64,000 nt of DNA from Azolla caroliniana (lineage: Eukaryota > Plantae > Polypodiophyta). The notes under the pieces are model-generated. The model ran no database searches, was not told the DNA's origin, and was given only the letters and a program-made list of their open reading frames with translations. The stretch lies in NCBI GenBank assembly GCA_043228905.1, contig JBHGNT010000015.1, positions 11,966,001 to 12,030,000 of the forward strand. The letters are read 5' to 3'. Position numbers and translations under genes: made by a program. Numbering within the stretch: the stretch's first letter is position 1; each line of letters opens with the position of its first letter. Below, piece by piece: positions 12,101 to 26,172 of this stretch.

Positions 12101-15100
12101 TCCGGAGATAGAGAACCAACTTTAAACACTTTCACCAAGGATAGATCACATGCTGGCATTAATCCGTAATCAACCACACTTCTTCCACCCGAGGATGGTA
12201 TAGTTAATTATAAGAGGGTCAACTTTATTTGTATGTAGTTATAGTGTAGAATGTTTTCTAATTTCCAAATTTGTTTGTTCGGTCTGTATCCCTTACAAGG
12301 CCTTCGTGCTTGAATATCTTAACCACTGATCTTCACTACAGGAAAGCCCTTTGAGAGTCTAGAAGATTGCCAATTCCAACTGATATATCTGCTATTTACT
12401 TATCTCAAAATTTGATGGTTTACAAGTTCTTCTTGTAATCATGTACCCACTGTGATATTTCACAAAATATATGTTTACATTGCACCATAGAAAAGCATCG
12501 ATATCATTTCTGGATTTTTATGGAAATCCTGTGAGCTGGGATCAACTATTCTCTAAATGTCATTTCAATAATGATGAACGTAGTTCTTTGAATCATGCCA
12601 CAGCTAAGTTTTCGTGTATCATTAACATCTTTGCTGATTGCTGCAGGAAGATTGTGCTTGCCACAAACATTGCTGAGACAAGTATTACCATTGATGACGT
12701 AGTGTATGTGATAGACTGTGGAAAAGCTAAGGAAACAAGTTATGATGCATTGAACAAGTTGGCTTGTCTACTTCCATCATGGATATCAAAAGCCTCTGCT
12801 TTGCAGGTGCAAGAAGGATATTTCAGTTATTGCAAAATTTATGGAGAAACACCAAAACACCCTTAATGTTTTGCATGTCTACCAGGATACCCTCAAATTT
12901 TCAAAAATTACCTGAATATCCCTCTATATATAGGAGTGCTGTACTAGAAAAAGGTAAAATCTTGTATGAGAAAGATGTTCTGGTACTTCTTATAAACGTA
13001 GGGTATCCTAGGATATGTCCAAGACATTAAGGGTGTTTCTTTTTTGGCATTTTGCACCTAGACTTACCCATAACTAAGCTATTGTAAATGCCGGAATTCA
13101 GCGCAAGGGACGAGCAGGGCGTGTACAGCCTGGTGTATGCTTCCACCTCTATCCGAAGGTTATCTATGAAGCAATGCCACAATATCAGCTGCCTGAGATT
13201 CTCCGAACGCCTTTACATGAGCTTTGTCTTCAGATCAAGAGTTTGCAATTGGGTTCTATTGTTGAATTTCTCTCCAAAGCACTTCAACCTCCTGAAGCGC
13301 TCTCAGTTCAGAATGCTATCGATCTACTGATCACCATAGGTGCTTTAAATGAGACTGAAGAGCTTACACCATTGGGTAAGAATATTACCTTCCTTTTTCA
13401 GTGAAAACTTTGTGTTTGTAGAGTAAATATACATGCCTTTCCAACTTAAATATGAAGGGTCATAGTTAGTTGTGGAATTACAATCACTTGTGGGAGATAC
13501 ATCCCACATCTTGAACATTAATTTGCTTAGTTATTTTACAGTAAAAGTGTTATTGACAAACTGGTTATATCAACAGTTTACCTCTAAAATGTTCTACTTT
13601 TGTTTCAGGTTGCCATCTTTCAACCATTCCACTTGATCCACGAATTGGAAAAATGCTTTTAATGGGGGCCATCTTCCAGTGTCTCGGACCCGCCTTAACT
13701 ATTGCAGCAGCCCTTGGACATAAAGATCCATTTGTTCTTCCCATTGATAGAAAAGAAGCTGCTGATGAAGCCAAGCAAAGATTTGCAGGGGAGTCTTTTA
13801 GGTCAGCTTTTAATGTTTTTGCTATGATTCTCGAAGTTCTTGGCTAAGTTCTGTATTATTTTTATCTAAATTCACATGTCTCAACTTTTGTGTTTGTATG
13901 AGTGTCTTTGAAGTTTTCAAGCAAGCATAAATTCAGACTAAAATTTGACATTTTTTTATCGTAATTCAAATGTCTGGACTCATACCAGTGATCATATTGC
14001 TCTCCTGAGAGCTTATGAGGGTTGGCAAATAGCAAAACGAGAGAGACGCGATCGTCAATACTGCTGGGAAAATTATTTGTCTTCACCAGCTCTCACTATG
14101 ATGGAAGAGATGCGATATCAGTTCCTTGATCTACTGTCCGATACTGGCTTTTATGATCGAGCCAAGGGTCTACAGGTGTGCAAACAGAACATACTAAATG
14201 ACATTGATGGAATACCCCATATATTGATAAAGTTATATTGCAAAAAGGTCCTGATTACACAAACGTTTTAAAGAGCGCTGAAATATCCCTATTTAACTTT
14301 CAGGAATATACCTCTTATGATATTTGTACTACAGATGGATATTATTGTAAATGTTCATGAAAACGTTGGGTAATTTCCTAAACTATATGTACTGATAGTT
14401 AATATTTGTTTGTCTGTATGTTTTGTGATTATTTATTTAACCCTAGGTATACAATAGTTACTCTTCGAACTTGGAGATGGTTCGGGCAGTTCTTTGTGCT
14501 GGCTTATTTCCGAGCATTGTTCAATGTAAGCGGAGGGGGAAACGAACAGCATGCTTTACAAAAGAGGATGGAAAAGTAGACCTTCACCCTGCATCTGTAA
14601 ATGCACGTGTGAATGCATTTCCTTATTCGTGGTTAGTTTATAGCGAGAAGGTGAAGACAACAGGAATATACATACGAGATGCCACAAATATATCAGATTA
14701 TGCAGTTCTTATGTTTGGCGGTCAATTGACACCTAATAAGAGAGGTGATGGTGTGGAGATGTTGGATGGATATTTACAATTTTCAGCAACCAAAAAAGTT
14801 GCTACATTGGTGCAAGTGAGTTGTCTCATTATTGTTTAATGTGCATTTTTAAGATTTAATAGATCAAGTTTTGTTTGACGACAACCCTTACGAAATGTGG
14901 GCAATCCTTTATTCCACATAAAGAAAAGAAGCATGGAAGGGTAGAAAGATATATTTTATAGTGCTTCACTAGGCAAATATATGATGACTGAGTGTGGAAA
15001 AGTAATAGCCACGTAAAATATGTATTATAAGAGAAGCCAAACTTCGCTAAAATCAAGTCTGAAGCTCATGTTTTATAAGATGAACGTATGTCAAATGCAT

Positions 15101-15345
15101 TTGGGAGGTGTTGGAACCATTTTTATTCATGGAAGGCAAAAAAGAATGCTAAATCCTTTGTTTTTATCTAGGATCTCCGGATGGAGTTGGATGGTCTTTT
15201 ACAACGCAAAATAGAGCGACCTCAACTTGACATTCATGCTGAGGGAAAGGGGGTTGTGAATGCGGTCTTAGAATTGCTTCAATGTGAAACTGATTCAAGG
15301 GCTTTCCAAGAAAGTCAAACCTCTTACAAATCTTATAGAAGATGA
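6110..15345 (+). CDS. DExH1: DExH-box ATP-dependent RNA helicase, DExH1/DHX36(RHAU)-like, 16 exons
   Basis: Predicted exons, all GT-AG: 6110-6304, 6968-7125, 7244-7349, 7438-7662, 8264-8359, 8441-8716, 8847-9050, 9143-9292, 9378-9470, 9675-9889, 12647-12806, 13102-13375, 13609-13801, 13989-14175, 14447-14815, 15172-15345. Motifs: RGG-rich N-terminus with [24 protein letters not shown] (I), TQPRRISA (Ia), DEIH (II), MSAT (III), [11 protein letters not shown] (V), QRKGRAGR (VI), then HA2 and OB-fold regions (SDHIAL, HPASVN). Confidence 0.92.
10555..12200 (-). mobile_element. 5'-truncated, internally deleted LINE (same family as 17210-23150) in helicase intron 10
   Basis: ORF2 fragments [16 protein letters not shown] and [18 protein letters not shown]. 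Collinear with 17210-20035 apart from a ~1.1-kb deletion near 11778. Confidence 0.85.
12831..13056. mobile_element. MITE-like inverted-repeat element in helicase intron 11
   Basis: AAACACCCTTAATGTTTTG...CAGGATACCCT (from 12855) is the imperfect reverse complement of AGGGTATCCTAGG...CAAGACATTAAGGGTGTTT (to 13038). Confidence 0.65.
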
Positions 15346-18300
15346 TAACGTTTATATTGGTGATGCAGTATATGTAGGTGTCTTTCCCATTTATTTTTAT
15401 GGGAAAAAAGCAATTTTTTCTTATTCAATGAAACTTTTCTATAGATTAGTAAGAAATCTAAAATTAATATACAATAATGCATTTGTGAATTGATTAAAAT
15501 AATATTATGGATGGACAGTAGAGTGGTTTCATATCATCCATCTATCATGTGGTCCAGCTTTTATAGGAATGTTATCATTGATCTCGCAATTGACATAATG
15601 ATCACAAATTGTGATTGCATTTAGTCATGTTTAAAAAATGTCATGTCTTCCCAAAATGATGCTACAGTTCTACCATATATTTGTAATAACTGGGATATAA
15701 TGGTCTCTTTGACAAGACAATAAAAACAATATGAGAACGATCTCATGGATATTGTGTGAATAGTATTCCTTGTGAAAGATTACTTGAAGACCAAATCTGC
15801 TTCAATTTTTGGGTTGTATCAAATTATCACAGACGAAAACCACATACGATAATATAGTTATATACCATGTTGGATGCTATCTTATTTATTGAAGAGAAAT
15901 CAAGGATTACAAATTTGTGTGGCATTTTTGCAAAATCTTTGGGCTTTTGCTTAGACTAAAATATTTGTGTTATTTCAATAACAAGCAATATGCAATTTGA
16001 TTAATCTTAATGCATGTTTAGCATGAAGGCTTTTGAAGATATATAAATAGTGTCTATTCAAATTTGGCCAAGCATGTTTATAATATTATAATTAAGGTTT
16101 GCTTATGAATTAACATATTGATATGAGAAGTTTAGAAATATAATATGTTCAAGGATAGACTTTTTTACATGGTTGTTGATAATGACACACTGGATAAGAT
16201 TTAAATCTGTTTGTGCATGAAATCCCCTTGCTTATTACATGTACCAATAAACTCCACTTTATTGGGTCATTGAAACTTCCTGCAATTATCATTTTTGGGT
16301 CATATATTGATAAGGTTTCTTTAAGTTTGTAATTTTAGCAGCAACTTTGGTGACCTTTAGCAGCAATATTGATACAATTAATTCGAGTTGAAATCCCAAA
16401 TGGGCTGTTGGGACAAGATGATTGGCTAATAAGGTGTCACTACCAAAGGAATTTCATGTATTAGGGGAGGCATATATTAAGTTAGCGAAGCCTAAAGATA
16501 CACTTTTGGAATCCAATGGCACAACAAACAAATTGATGAAATTGTGAAGAGAAGTGCTAATGTACAATAATGATAGAAGATTCAATGTTTTCGGAGTTTC
16601 AACAAGACCATTTGAATTAATAAGATGTGTTTGAGCAATAGTCACAAGGTGGGCCATGTGTGTGTTGAGTGCAATTTGATCATGTGGGGGTATCCAATAT
16701 TAGTATGTATTGTCAAGTTGTTGCTAGTTGTGAGTGTGCTATGTGTGTGTTCTGGTACTCACACATATGCGCTTGAGAAAGAGGGAGACATGAACTAAAG
16801 AAAGATATATTAACGATTAACATCTAGTACATGCCAAACTCAGTTGGTGACACAAACCATGATAAAATTTGGTTAAATTTATGTTAGCCCTACCGAAGCA
16901 AAAATAATGCTGAAGGTTTCGTGAATATCCAAGGTAATGGTGTTAATGCATACAATGGAACGATTCTTGAGGTGGTTTATGCATATGAGTGCACAACCAA
17001 CATGTATGGGATAAGTAGTGGTGAGGGGACATAAATCCTTGATTGATCCATGTGATAGAATGAGACTATGATGATGTTCATCAAATGTATATGATGGATT
17101 TAGCTCAATTGGGAAGTTCATGAGTTTAATCCCTATCGTTAGTAGTGGCATAAATTAGATTCATGCAACTAGTGAAAATTGAACACATCTCTCAATAAAA
17201 GGTTACAAATATAGAATTAGAATTTTTATCGTCCATAAAGAGGCCAATTTTGACCCATGGAACTAGAGTATACATGTGTTCTTGATATGTGTCTCCTTCC
17301 TAAGAAGGGGTATTCATACATTGAAGCGCAAAGTTTGTATGTGTGAATAGAGCATACACATATGAGCTCAACCTTCTAGGTGGTGTCTTAAGTATGGCAC
17401 TTAAGTTATCACTCCCTCTTGATATGTCATCATATCTTGAACAAATTGCACTATATGTTGAGCATATGAAGCGCAAGTGATGTTCATCCTCTACCATGCC
17501 TTCATTGCGTACCTTATGTGCCTTCAAATTCATTACATTTTGATACTATGATGCAACTTCAATACTAATTTGTGAGATCGAGTTCGGAGTATTGTGCGGG
17601 CTCTACGAGCATTACTACTCATATTGGTAATGAGATAAGGTTGGATACGATCGATAGGCATTCTTGCTTTATATTGAGACCAATATTCAGGGTTGACATC
17701 TGCAATGGAGTATTCTAGCTTTGTCCTTTTAGCATCTTCCCACTTCATCCTTAATGATTCTTCCTCAATTATTACATAATGCATAGCATGGCCCGAAAGC
17801 TCTAAAAGATCATCCAAACCCCATCTTCTAAACCATTTTTGTATGTCAACAACCCAACCGGATAAGAGAATCTTACTTTTATGATTCATTTGTAGGTTAC
17901 ATCCAACATTCCAAGCAATATGTGGTAATCGATGATTTGACATATTCTTGACTTTTGTAATGTATTTATATACTCTTTGGAGTGCCAATAGTTCTATGGG
18001 TTGAACACCTGTTTCCAATAACATAACTTGGTAAGAGGTAGTGCATTTAAGTCCTATTTGCCTCCTTAAAAACATCTTTTGAATTTTCTCAATCTCATTC
18101 CACGCATTAAGAGAGATGGTGCCACCCTAGACTTCTACTCCATAAAGCAATACTTGAGTTACCATGGCATTGAACAACATTAGTTTTACTTCCCATCCAC
18201 TACTTCTACTCCATAAAGCAATACTTGAGTTATACCATGGCATTGAACAACATTAGTTTTACTTCCCATCCACAAGCATCACTTTGGTTGCATTGGTTCT

Positions 18301-20161
18301 CCAAAAGATAATACGATTTGCAACCGGCTTGGAGCCTAGAATCAAAGCATGCACTCCATTTATTTGTGGCGGGTACATCGATACCAAGATATTTAAAGCT
18401 TTGAACAAATTGTATATGTTCACCTCTATATGTGAGCAAAGGGTAATGATGAGGTTGGATAGTTTGCACTACCATCATTTTTGTTTTCTCCACATTCACT
18501 GCTAGTTCACTACTATGGCAAAATTCTTCTAATACCCCAAGTAAATGTTGCATACTATCAACATCATATGAGAAGAGTACCACATAATCTGCATATAGAA
18601 GCAATAAGATAACATGTTGCATCAATTTGGGGGCATTCAATCCTTCTTCTCTTGCAACCTTATTCATCACTTCTTCTAATTTATCAATACATAAGACAAA
18701 TAGTGTGGGTGATAGTGGATATCCTTGTGTGACCCCCATGTTACTTAAAAAGTGTTTTGAGAATCCACTATCCATTTTTAGTTGGCATTTAACTTGTGTA
18801 TATAGGTGTGTAACAATAGCTCTGTACTCTAATGGCATGTCAATCTCTACAATTCTATCCCAAAGCTCACTTCGTGGTATGGTATCAAAAGCTTTCTTAA
18901 AATCAACAAAACAACAATTAAGTGTTTTTTTCTTGTAGTCGACTATCTTCCATGATTACTCAATGTGACCAAATGATCCACAATAGAGTGTTTTGGTCTA
19001 AATCCCGCTTGCCCAAGTGCTCTTTTGCTTGTACTTTTAGCCCATGTGCTTATATTTTACTCCATAATAGTGCTATATAATTTAGCAATAGTTGAGCTCA
19101 CCATTATTGTACGATAATTTGATACTTGATTCTTATCTCCGGCTTTAAATATTGGTTTAATCCAATTCATAAGCCAATCATTTGGAAATCCTTGTTTTAT
19201 AGCTTGCTCTATAATTGTCATTATCCAATGACGAATATGTGGCATTGTCCATTTTAAAAGCTCACTTGAGACGTAGGTTGCATCTATTGCTTTCCCACTC
19301 ACCATCTTCATTATTCCCTTATTGACATCATCAATATCGATACATGTTGTGCATGGTGTTTCAATTTTCTCAACCATAAGAGCCACACCTTCATGTATAT
19401 ATAGCCTTTGTACATAGTCTAACATCTCTTCATTTGTAAAGTGACCTTTCACATCTTCTTTCTTACCCTTGAGTTGTCCCCATGCTAATTTTGGTTTGAG
19501 CTTAAACAAGTTTTTCTTTTTCATCTCTTGCATTTGGAAATATCTTCTTTTCTTTCTCCTCACTACTTTCTTATATAGGTGCAATACAACAATCTTTTCA
19601 TTTTCCCCTTCTATGGACTTAAACCATTTGAGATACATCTTACATTCATCATCAAACCAAGAATTACATGGAAAACTACACATCTTATGCCCACCCACAT
19701 GCCTCTTAAAGTATTGATATCCAACCTTAAGGATGAGATCCCTCAAATGTTGCCAATTTTCTTCAACATCGTTGCTTAGAGAAAAATTTAACAAATGGTT
19801 CTCCACTTCATTTGCATACATCTTAGCTTTTTTGTAGCAAGGTCGGACGATACATCTCTTTTCATCTTTCACTCCATGAAATCTATTGGTGAAATGTGGA
19901 ATTGTAAGCTCTAAGTACAATGGCTTGTGGTCTGAGTCTAGAGATAGAGAATCAACTTTAAACACATTCAACAATGATAGATCACATGCCAACATTAATG
20001 CGTAATAAACCACACTTCCTCCACTCGAGGATGGTAAACATGTGAGCATATTTGTCAATGAGAATGCCTTTATACAATTTAGGATAATCAAGTTTGTGCA
20101 ATTTAGCATATGTATTAAAAGTTTTCCATAATATGACATGACACAATCCTTTGAGTCACGT

Positions 20162-20959
20162 TGTCGAGGAAATCCTCGTGTGTTTGCGAAATGAAGCGGG
20201 AACACCGGGGTCCTGGACCAGAAGGAGTCTAAGTTTGTACTAGCTTTAGCGAGACAATATTTAAGATAGATACAGAGAGAGAGAGAGAGATTGAGAGATG
20301 GAGATTCCAATTTAGAGACAGATTGAGAGCGAGATTTCGAACCCTTGACTTCAATTTTTGAGGGACAAGATACATCACCAAAAGGATAACTAGATTTATT
20401 ATTATTATTATTTTGATTCAGTACGTAGCTTTCTTGATCAATTCCTTCCTTCCCCTTTTTCTTTTTCTTCCACTCTTTTATAGATGTCCCCATGCGTAGG
20501 ATGCATGTGAGGGTGCAAGACATGCATACAATGCATGCGATGCATGTTTCCCATTTGGCGCTCATACATTACATTTGATGCATGATAATCATGTCATTCA
20601 TTCAAGCTCTCATATATGAGAATTTATATATGAAAAAGTATAATAATGAAAATACAACTTTTAAAGAAATGACTTAGCTTTGTGGTAAGTCAATTGTGTT
20701 ATGTAAGGTTGTCCCTCCTTGTTGGGGGGAGTTGGTCAAAAAGCTGAAATGAGAGTCGGTTGGCCGAAATCGACCGAAAAAGCCAAAATGGGACTCGGTT
20801 GCTGAAATCAGTTAGAAAGCCGAAACAAGAACCGGTTGGCCGAAATCGATCGAAAAGTCGAAATCGGTCAAAAAGCCGAAACAAGAATCGGTTGGCCGAA
20901 ATCAACCGATAAGTTGAAATGGAATTCGGTCAAATGGTAGTCAATCAAATAGAAGTTTG

Positions 20960-21012
<53 letters not shown>

Positions 21013-21160
21013 AGTATATATAGAGAGAGTCGTATTTGTTGCATATATATGTGGGATAACTCACTGAGAAAAAACAGTGAGAAAAGCACGAAAAGTGAAC
21101 CCTTCTTGGTTTTCTCCTTTCCACGTGATTTTCACACCATTGCCGAAAATCTTCACGACA
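20162..21160 (-). mobile_element. Solo LTR-like insertion (~1 kb) in LINE ORF2
   Basis: Ends TGTCGAGG...CACGACA with flanks ACGT/ACGC. Removing it restores the LINE frame CLLRDSKD. Contains (GA)n, (TA)n and CCGAAA repeats. Confidence 0.6.
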
Positions 21161-21943
21161 ACGCAATAGACAATGTTCTACTGCATTTTCTTCAAATGTC
21201 TCCACATTTTGGAAAATTTCCAACTCTCGCATTGAAGTCTCCCATAATTAAAATTTACCAAGCTTTTCAAATGAAAGTATATCATGGCATAATTTTGTAA
21301 AAGGATCGTCACAATCTAACCCAAACCTACTATAATAGTTTGCGTCTTTGTGAGGAATGTAACATGTAACTATATACAACTTCTCTTTCCCCGGATTAAC
21401 CTATGTCCGTATGTATCTCTTGTAGTCATCATATTTGCATACTTTGATAGAATTATCTAAGATCTCATGGTAGATACATGCTATTCCGGCATGCCCAATA
21501 TTCCCTTTGGAGTGAGGCGATCTTGATTTTATGAGGTAACCATCTACCTTAGGTATATGTTTTGCCTCATGCTCCCATGTTTTAGCCAAAAATATAATAC
21601 ACATACCTTGAGCTACATCATTGAGTCCTAAACCCTTATTCCATGGATATCCTCTACAATTCCAAAACATTACTTTCAATCGTGAAACACTTATAGTCCC
21701 ATAGGTCATTGCTTGCTATGCATTTTGATTTGCTTTCCTAGATGCATATGCTTGCCTTCTACGTTCTTGCTCTTGTGGAGTTCTATCCTCTGTTACAAAA
21801 AAACTTGTCCCTTTTAAGTACACCATACTACTATCTAGAATCATAGCCCTTTTATGTTCATGAAGGATTGTACAAACAATAGCTTGAGATGACTTTCTCT
21901 CTAGTTGGTTTTTGCCAACCCTATGTGCGGCATATACAATAAC

Positions 21944-22331
21944 TGTTGAGAATCAAGCTCAACTTTGTCTAGTGTGTGAACTCACCTTGAGAGTGAATAG
22001 ACACTCCAACGGTCAAGAGTCATCATTATGTCACCTCTTTGTATTCTAACATTTAGTATGAGTCATAGAATCATATTCTATGACACATAACTTATGAGCT
22101 TTCACATTCCCCATGCTCCATGAGTCTTGTAGTTAATGAAGAGAGAGGGTGACTATATAAAGCACCCTCCTCCCACCTTGTATGATGTTGAGTCTTTCTC
22201 CTTTGTTAATACAATCTATCTTGCGTATACTTTGTGTCTTACTCCTTGGCTCTCTCTCTCTCTCTCTCTCTCATACACACACATAACTCACATCTCTTCC
22301 GCTTCACAAGAATCATATCCGATTCTTTACA
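21944..22331 (+). mobile_element. Solo LTR in LINE ORF1
   Basis: TG...CA ends, perfect 5-bp TSD ATAAC, internal TATA and (CT)n. Confidence 0.85.
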
Positions 22332-23302
22332 ATAACATCTTGCATAACAAAGTGATCTTTAAAGAATTTCATAATATTCTCTCCAAGAGATAATGCATTC
22401 TCCGTTTCATTCTCTTGCATACCTTTAATGACAATATTATTCGTTCTTCTTTCGATTTCATATTGCTCATTTGCATCTAACACATCCATGACATTAGAAT
22501 GCCTTTGCGTGATTTTTGGTGTTTCTTTCAAGAGAACATCTTTCGACCTTGTCATGATCACATCTTCCTTCCTTTCAATTGTAGATTTTATTTCGACATT
22601 TGCCTTCACTAAAATCTCTTTTTTTGCATCAAGACTTAACATTTTTCTTTCTATTTCAAGTATCCGATTATCTTGCATTTGAATAGTCATGTTCTTCATT
22701 GCATGTAGTTCTTCACACAAAGCTATAATCTCTAAGTTTTGCATTTCCATTGTATGTTGAAGAGTTAATTGTCTCTCCTTACAAGCATACATTTCTCTTT
22801 GCATATGCATCACTGTCTCTTGCAATGAGATATACATAGCTGCCATCTTTTCCATTGACAAAGTATACATTTGATTGTTTGGGCTTTCAATCACATCATC
22901 ATTGACTTTTACTCCTCTTGGTATATTTACCATTAATAAAATGATAGAAGAAGTAGAATGTACCTTTAAATCGATTTAGGTTTTCAAAATCTACCTTGAG
23001 TTTGAGGAACTCCGAGGTAAAGAGGGTTGTTGAATAAAATGCTCATAACTTCTCACCACGGTAATGGAATTCAGCAAATAAACATTTGTTAGAAAGCTCT
23101 CTAAAAGAAACGAGATATAGAATGCAAAAAACAATGGCAGGAGAGAAACGGGCGTAGGGGAGAGATAGATAGATAGATTATATTATCGTCTTTGGAGGTC
23201 AAATATGACCTATTAGACCAAAAATATTACATTTCACGTGATACGTGTGAAAGTGAGTAGCGACTCTCGATGTTCAAGAACTTTACCAATGAATGTTGCA
23301 AT

Positions 23303-23349
<47 letters not shown>

Positions 23350-23422
23350 ATGAAGATATGAGAAGATTAATGACATTTCTGGCACACAAAGAGCTAAAGA
23401 AAGTATAGGATAAGGAGGTTGA

Positions 23423-24647
23423 TGTCGTGACTTGAGAATAGGAGAGAGAAAGATAAGATGACAATAGAAGGTAGAGAGAGAGAGAGAAAGAAAGAACACT
23501 AGAAATGGAAAGAGAGTTTATATTATAAGAGAGCAAGGATTACAAAGAGTAAGCTAAGGGGCCAGAAACTAGTGTTGAACCAAATGAGTTGTGATGAGCA
23601 AGGATTACAAAGAGTAGGCTAAGGGGCCATAAATTGGTGTTGAACCAAATGAGTTGTGATTTCCATTGGTCTAGGGCCTTCCACCACACTTGACTTTGAT
23701 ACTTGGGGTGGAGTTGCGACCATCGAAGCATATGTTTCTGTTGGTCGGAAGCGTAACATTTGTTGGCGCTCAGAACGCCGCTCAAATAAGCGATTGTGTC
23801 ATCGCATGGCCCGACTTATTGCTTCAGTAAGAGATTTTGGATCATCATGGAAGGTAAGAAGTAAATCCTTCACATCATTGTGCAGAACTTGACGAAATTG
23901 GTCCATTAATGCCGCCTCGTCCCATGAAATTCACATGCTAGAAGGCGAAAATCTGTAGCATAAGTGGAAGCAGGACGATCTCCTTGTCGTAATTGCTGAA
24001 TTTTGTTTATTGTGGTCCTCATACTATCAGTGTCTCCAAAGTTGACTTGGAACTCATTAATAAACCCTTCAAAATCTTCTAATAATGGTGAGTGCTTCTC
24101 TAGGAGTGTTGCAAACCACACTAATGCAGTACTCGTTAACAAGGTACCAACTTGACCCACACGAGCAACATCAGTTGGGTAACGACTCGGATGCAATTTA
24201 ATCACAAGCCGTACTTGATTTAAAAATCCACGAAATTGAGACCTTGTACCATCAAACTTTGCCGACAGCCTAATCTTGGGTTCCTTCGGCGAGGTTTGAA
24301 CTTCCGCCGCTTGTCGTTGTAATAGAGTAGTCTCCAATTGATGCACTCGTTGAGATAATTCTTCATATTGTTGTACTTTCTTAGCACTTACTTGTTGTAG
24401 GTCTCCTAGCAATCTTTCATTTTTATGCTCAAATGCCACGAATTTGGTTGTTAGCATGTCGAGCTCGGAGAGAACACGCATATATCCTTGCTTGTTGACG
24501 GACTCCATAGTTGCGAGAGAAAATTGCTAGATTTGCTCAAATAAGGTTAAGATAAGAAGAAGAAGAAGTTGGAGAAGAAGAAAAGAGAGAGATTCGGTTT
24601 AAACTGTCGTGACTTGAGAATAGGAGAGAGAAAGATAAGATGACAAT

Positions 24648-24703
<56 letters not shown>

Positions 24704-25166
24704 ACACTAGAAATGGAAAGCGAGTTTATATTATAAGAGAGCAAGGATTACAAAGAGTAGGCTAAGGGGCCAGAAACTGGTGTTGAACCAAATGAGTTGT
24801 GATGAATGAATAGACACCTATTTATAGGTCCTTATGGAGTATTCTAGAATGTTCTAGACGATAGTTTGAACCGAATGAGTTGTGATGAATGAATATACAC
24901 CTATTTATAGGTCCTTATAGAGTATTCTAGAATGTTCTAGAATATTTTAGATATTTATGATATTTAATATAATCATGGAATATCCTAGGATGTTCTAGAA
25001 TACTCTAGAATGTTCTAGAGTACTCTAAATATCTTGTAATAAGTAATAATACATTTATTATAATTATACATCATATATGTTATTATAATGGTTAAAAGTC
25101 TAACATATAGACTAAGACATTTTGGGCTCGAATCCTTGTAAGGCCAAAATGTATGTCTTCATGACA
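23423..25166 (-). mobile_element. Internally deleted Tcn1/sushi-like gypsy element (gag only)
   Basis: TSD GTTGA on both sides. 5' LTR 24605-25166, truncated 3' LTR 23423-~23660. Gag 24508-~23660 (KFDGTRSQFRGFLNQVRL) is homologous to 59448-60617. Pol is absent. Confidence 0.88.
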
Positions 25167-25391
25167 GTTGACAGATACTAAGGTAAAATAGAGGTATGAG
25201 AAAATTATAAAGAAATTTACACACCACATAGGATTCATCCTAGCATGATTTGTAGTTCATCACATCATAAACACATAGTAGTAAGTGATTGCTGCTCGTT
25301 ATACACATTGTATCAATATGTGTGCATGCATGCTTCTCATTGCATCGATCAATCATCGTCCCTCTTATGGTCATTCCTCTAGCATTCCTAT

Positions 25392-25688
25392 TTTGGATGG
25401 AATTGTTCTATTTTCTTACCTTGTGTAGTCACTTTCTTTGTTTTTGTTTTTTGTGGTTAGTTGGCTCATCACGAGCATGCTTTAGAAAATGTACTTCTCG
25501 ACTACCTCTATATTAGAAATGTAAAAGACAATTTAATGTTTGGATGGAATTGTTCTATTTTCTTACCTTGTGTAGTCACTTTCTTTGTTTTTGTTTTTTG
25601 TGGTTAGTTGGCTCATCACGAGCATGCTTTAGAAAATGTACTTCTCGACTACCTCTATATTAGAAATGTAAAAGACAATTTAATGTTT
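25392..25688. repeat. Tandem duplication, 147-bp unit x2
   Basis: TGGATGGAATTGTTCT occurs at 25394 and 25541 with identical downstream sequence. Confidence 0.9.
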
Positions 25689-25699
25689 GTACCAGAACC

Positions 25700-26172
25700 C
25701 AAAATTTCACCCCGCATTTGCCAAAGTTGGACTTTAGGGGTTGTCGGGTGTCAAAGGAGTGGATTCTACCATCCTAGTAGAAGATAATGTTTTTTCCAAC
25801 ACCTCCTTGTGACTCTGCCAATCCCTTTTAAGGTGCCCAATGCTATTGCACCATATGCACCGGTGAACTTACTCCATCTTTTCTCCTTCTCTTAGGCTTT
25901 TACTCAATACTTGAGCTTTCACCCTTCTCAAGCATTGTGAATTTGAGTTGCAAGTCCTTCATTCCTCTTATGAGCTCATCAATTGCTGACTCCGAAACTT
26001 TTCCTTTGCCAACATTTGCTTGGATTCCTGTTTCTTGCTTTGGATGTTCTTTAACACCCGTCTTTATTTCGCTGTCATAGCCATCCTCCATCCTTAGCAC
26101 CATCCTTTTGAGTACTCGACAAGCCTTCAACACCTCTGCCTAGTCAGACACCAAACCGACCATACTTGTTTG
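25700..26172 (-). pseudogene. Gypsy-like gag fragment with degenerate zinc knuckle
   Basis: Coiled-coil segment IDELIRGMKDLQLKF, followed in another frame by CIWCNSIGHLKGD. Confidence 0.5.

Larger units (their letters stand above)
17210..23150 (-). mobile_element. Near full-length decayed LINE (RTE-X-like): ORF1 plus APE-RT-CCHC ORF2, interrupted by two solo LTRs
   Basis: ORF1 coiled coil 22933-22337, continuing ~21938-21720 (AHRVG...VTEDRT). Endonuclease motifs WNCRG and GDFNAR (21709-21160). RT motifs NYRTI, GVTQGYPLSPTLF, LLYADY, FKYLG. C-terminal C..VEDE.H..C. Short TTCTAA-type 3' tail. The clade call is inference. Confidence 0.8.

Noticed and set aside
15350-17200. AT-rich region with short ORFs after the helicase stop
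   Set aside because: No recognisable motif; probably 3' UTR plus very old TE debris, which I cannot assign by eye.
19057-20565. 502-aa ORF as a single protein
   Set aside because: It is a chimera: the N-terminal part is read from the solo-LTR insertion and the rest from LINE ORF2.
20963-21008. (TA)n, (GA)n and (TACA)n microsatellites across the window
   Set aside because: Common simple repeats, mostly parts of LTRs.
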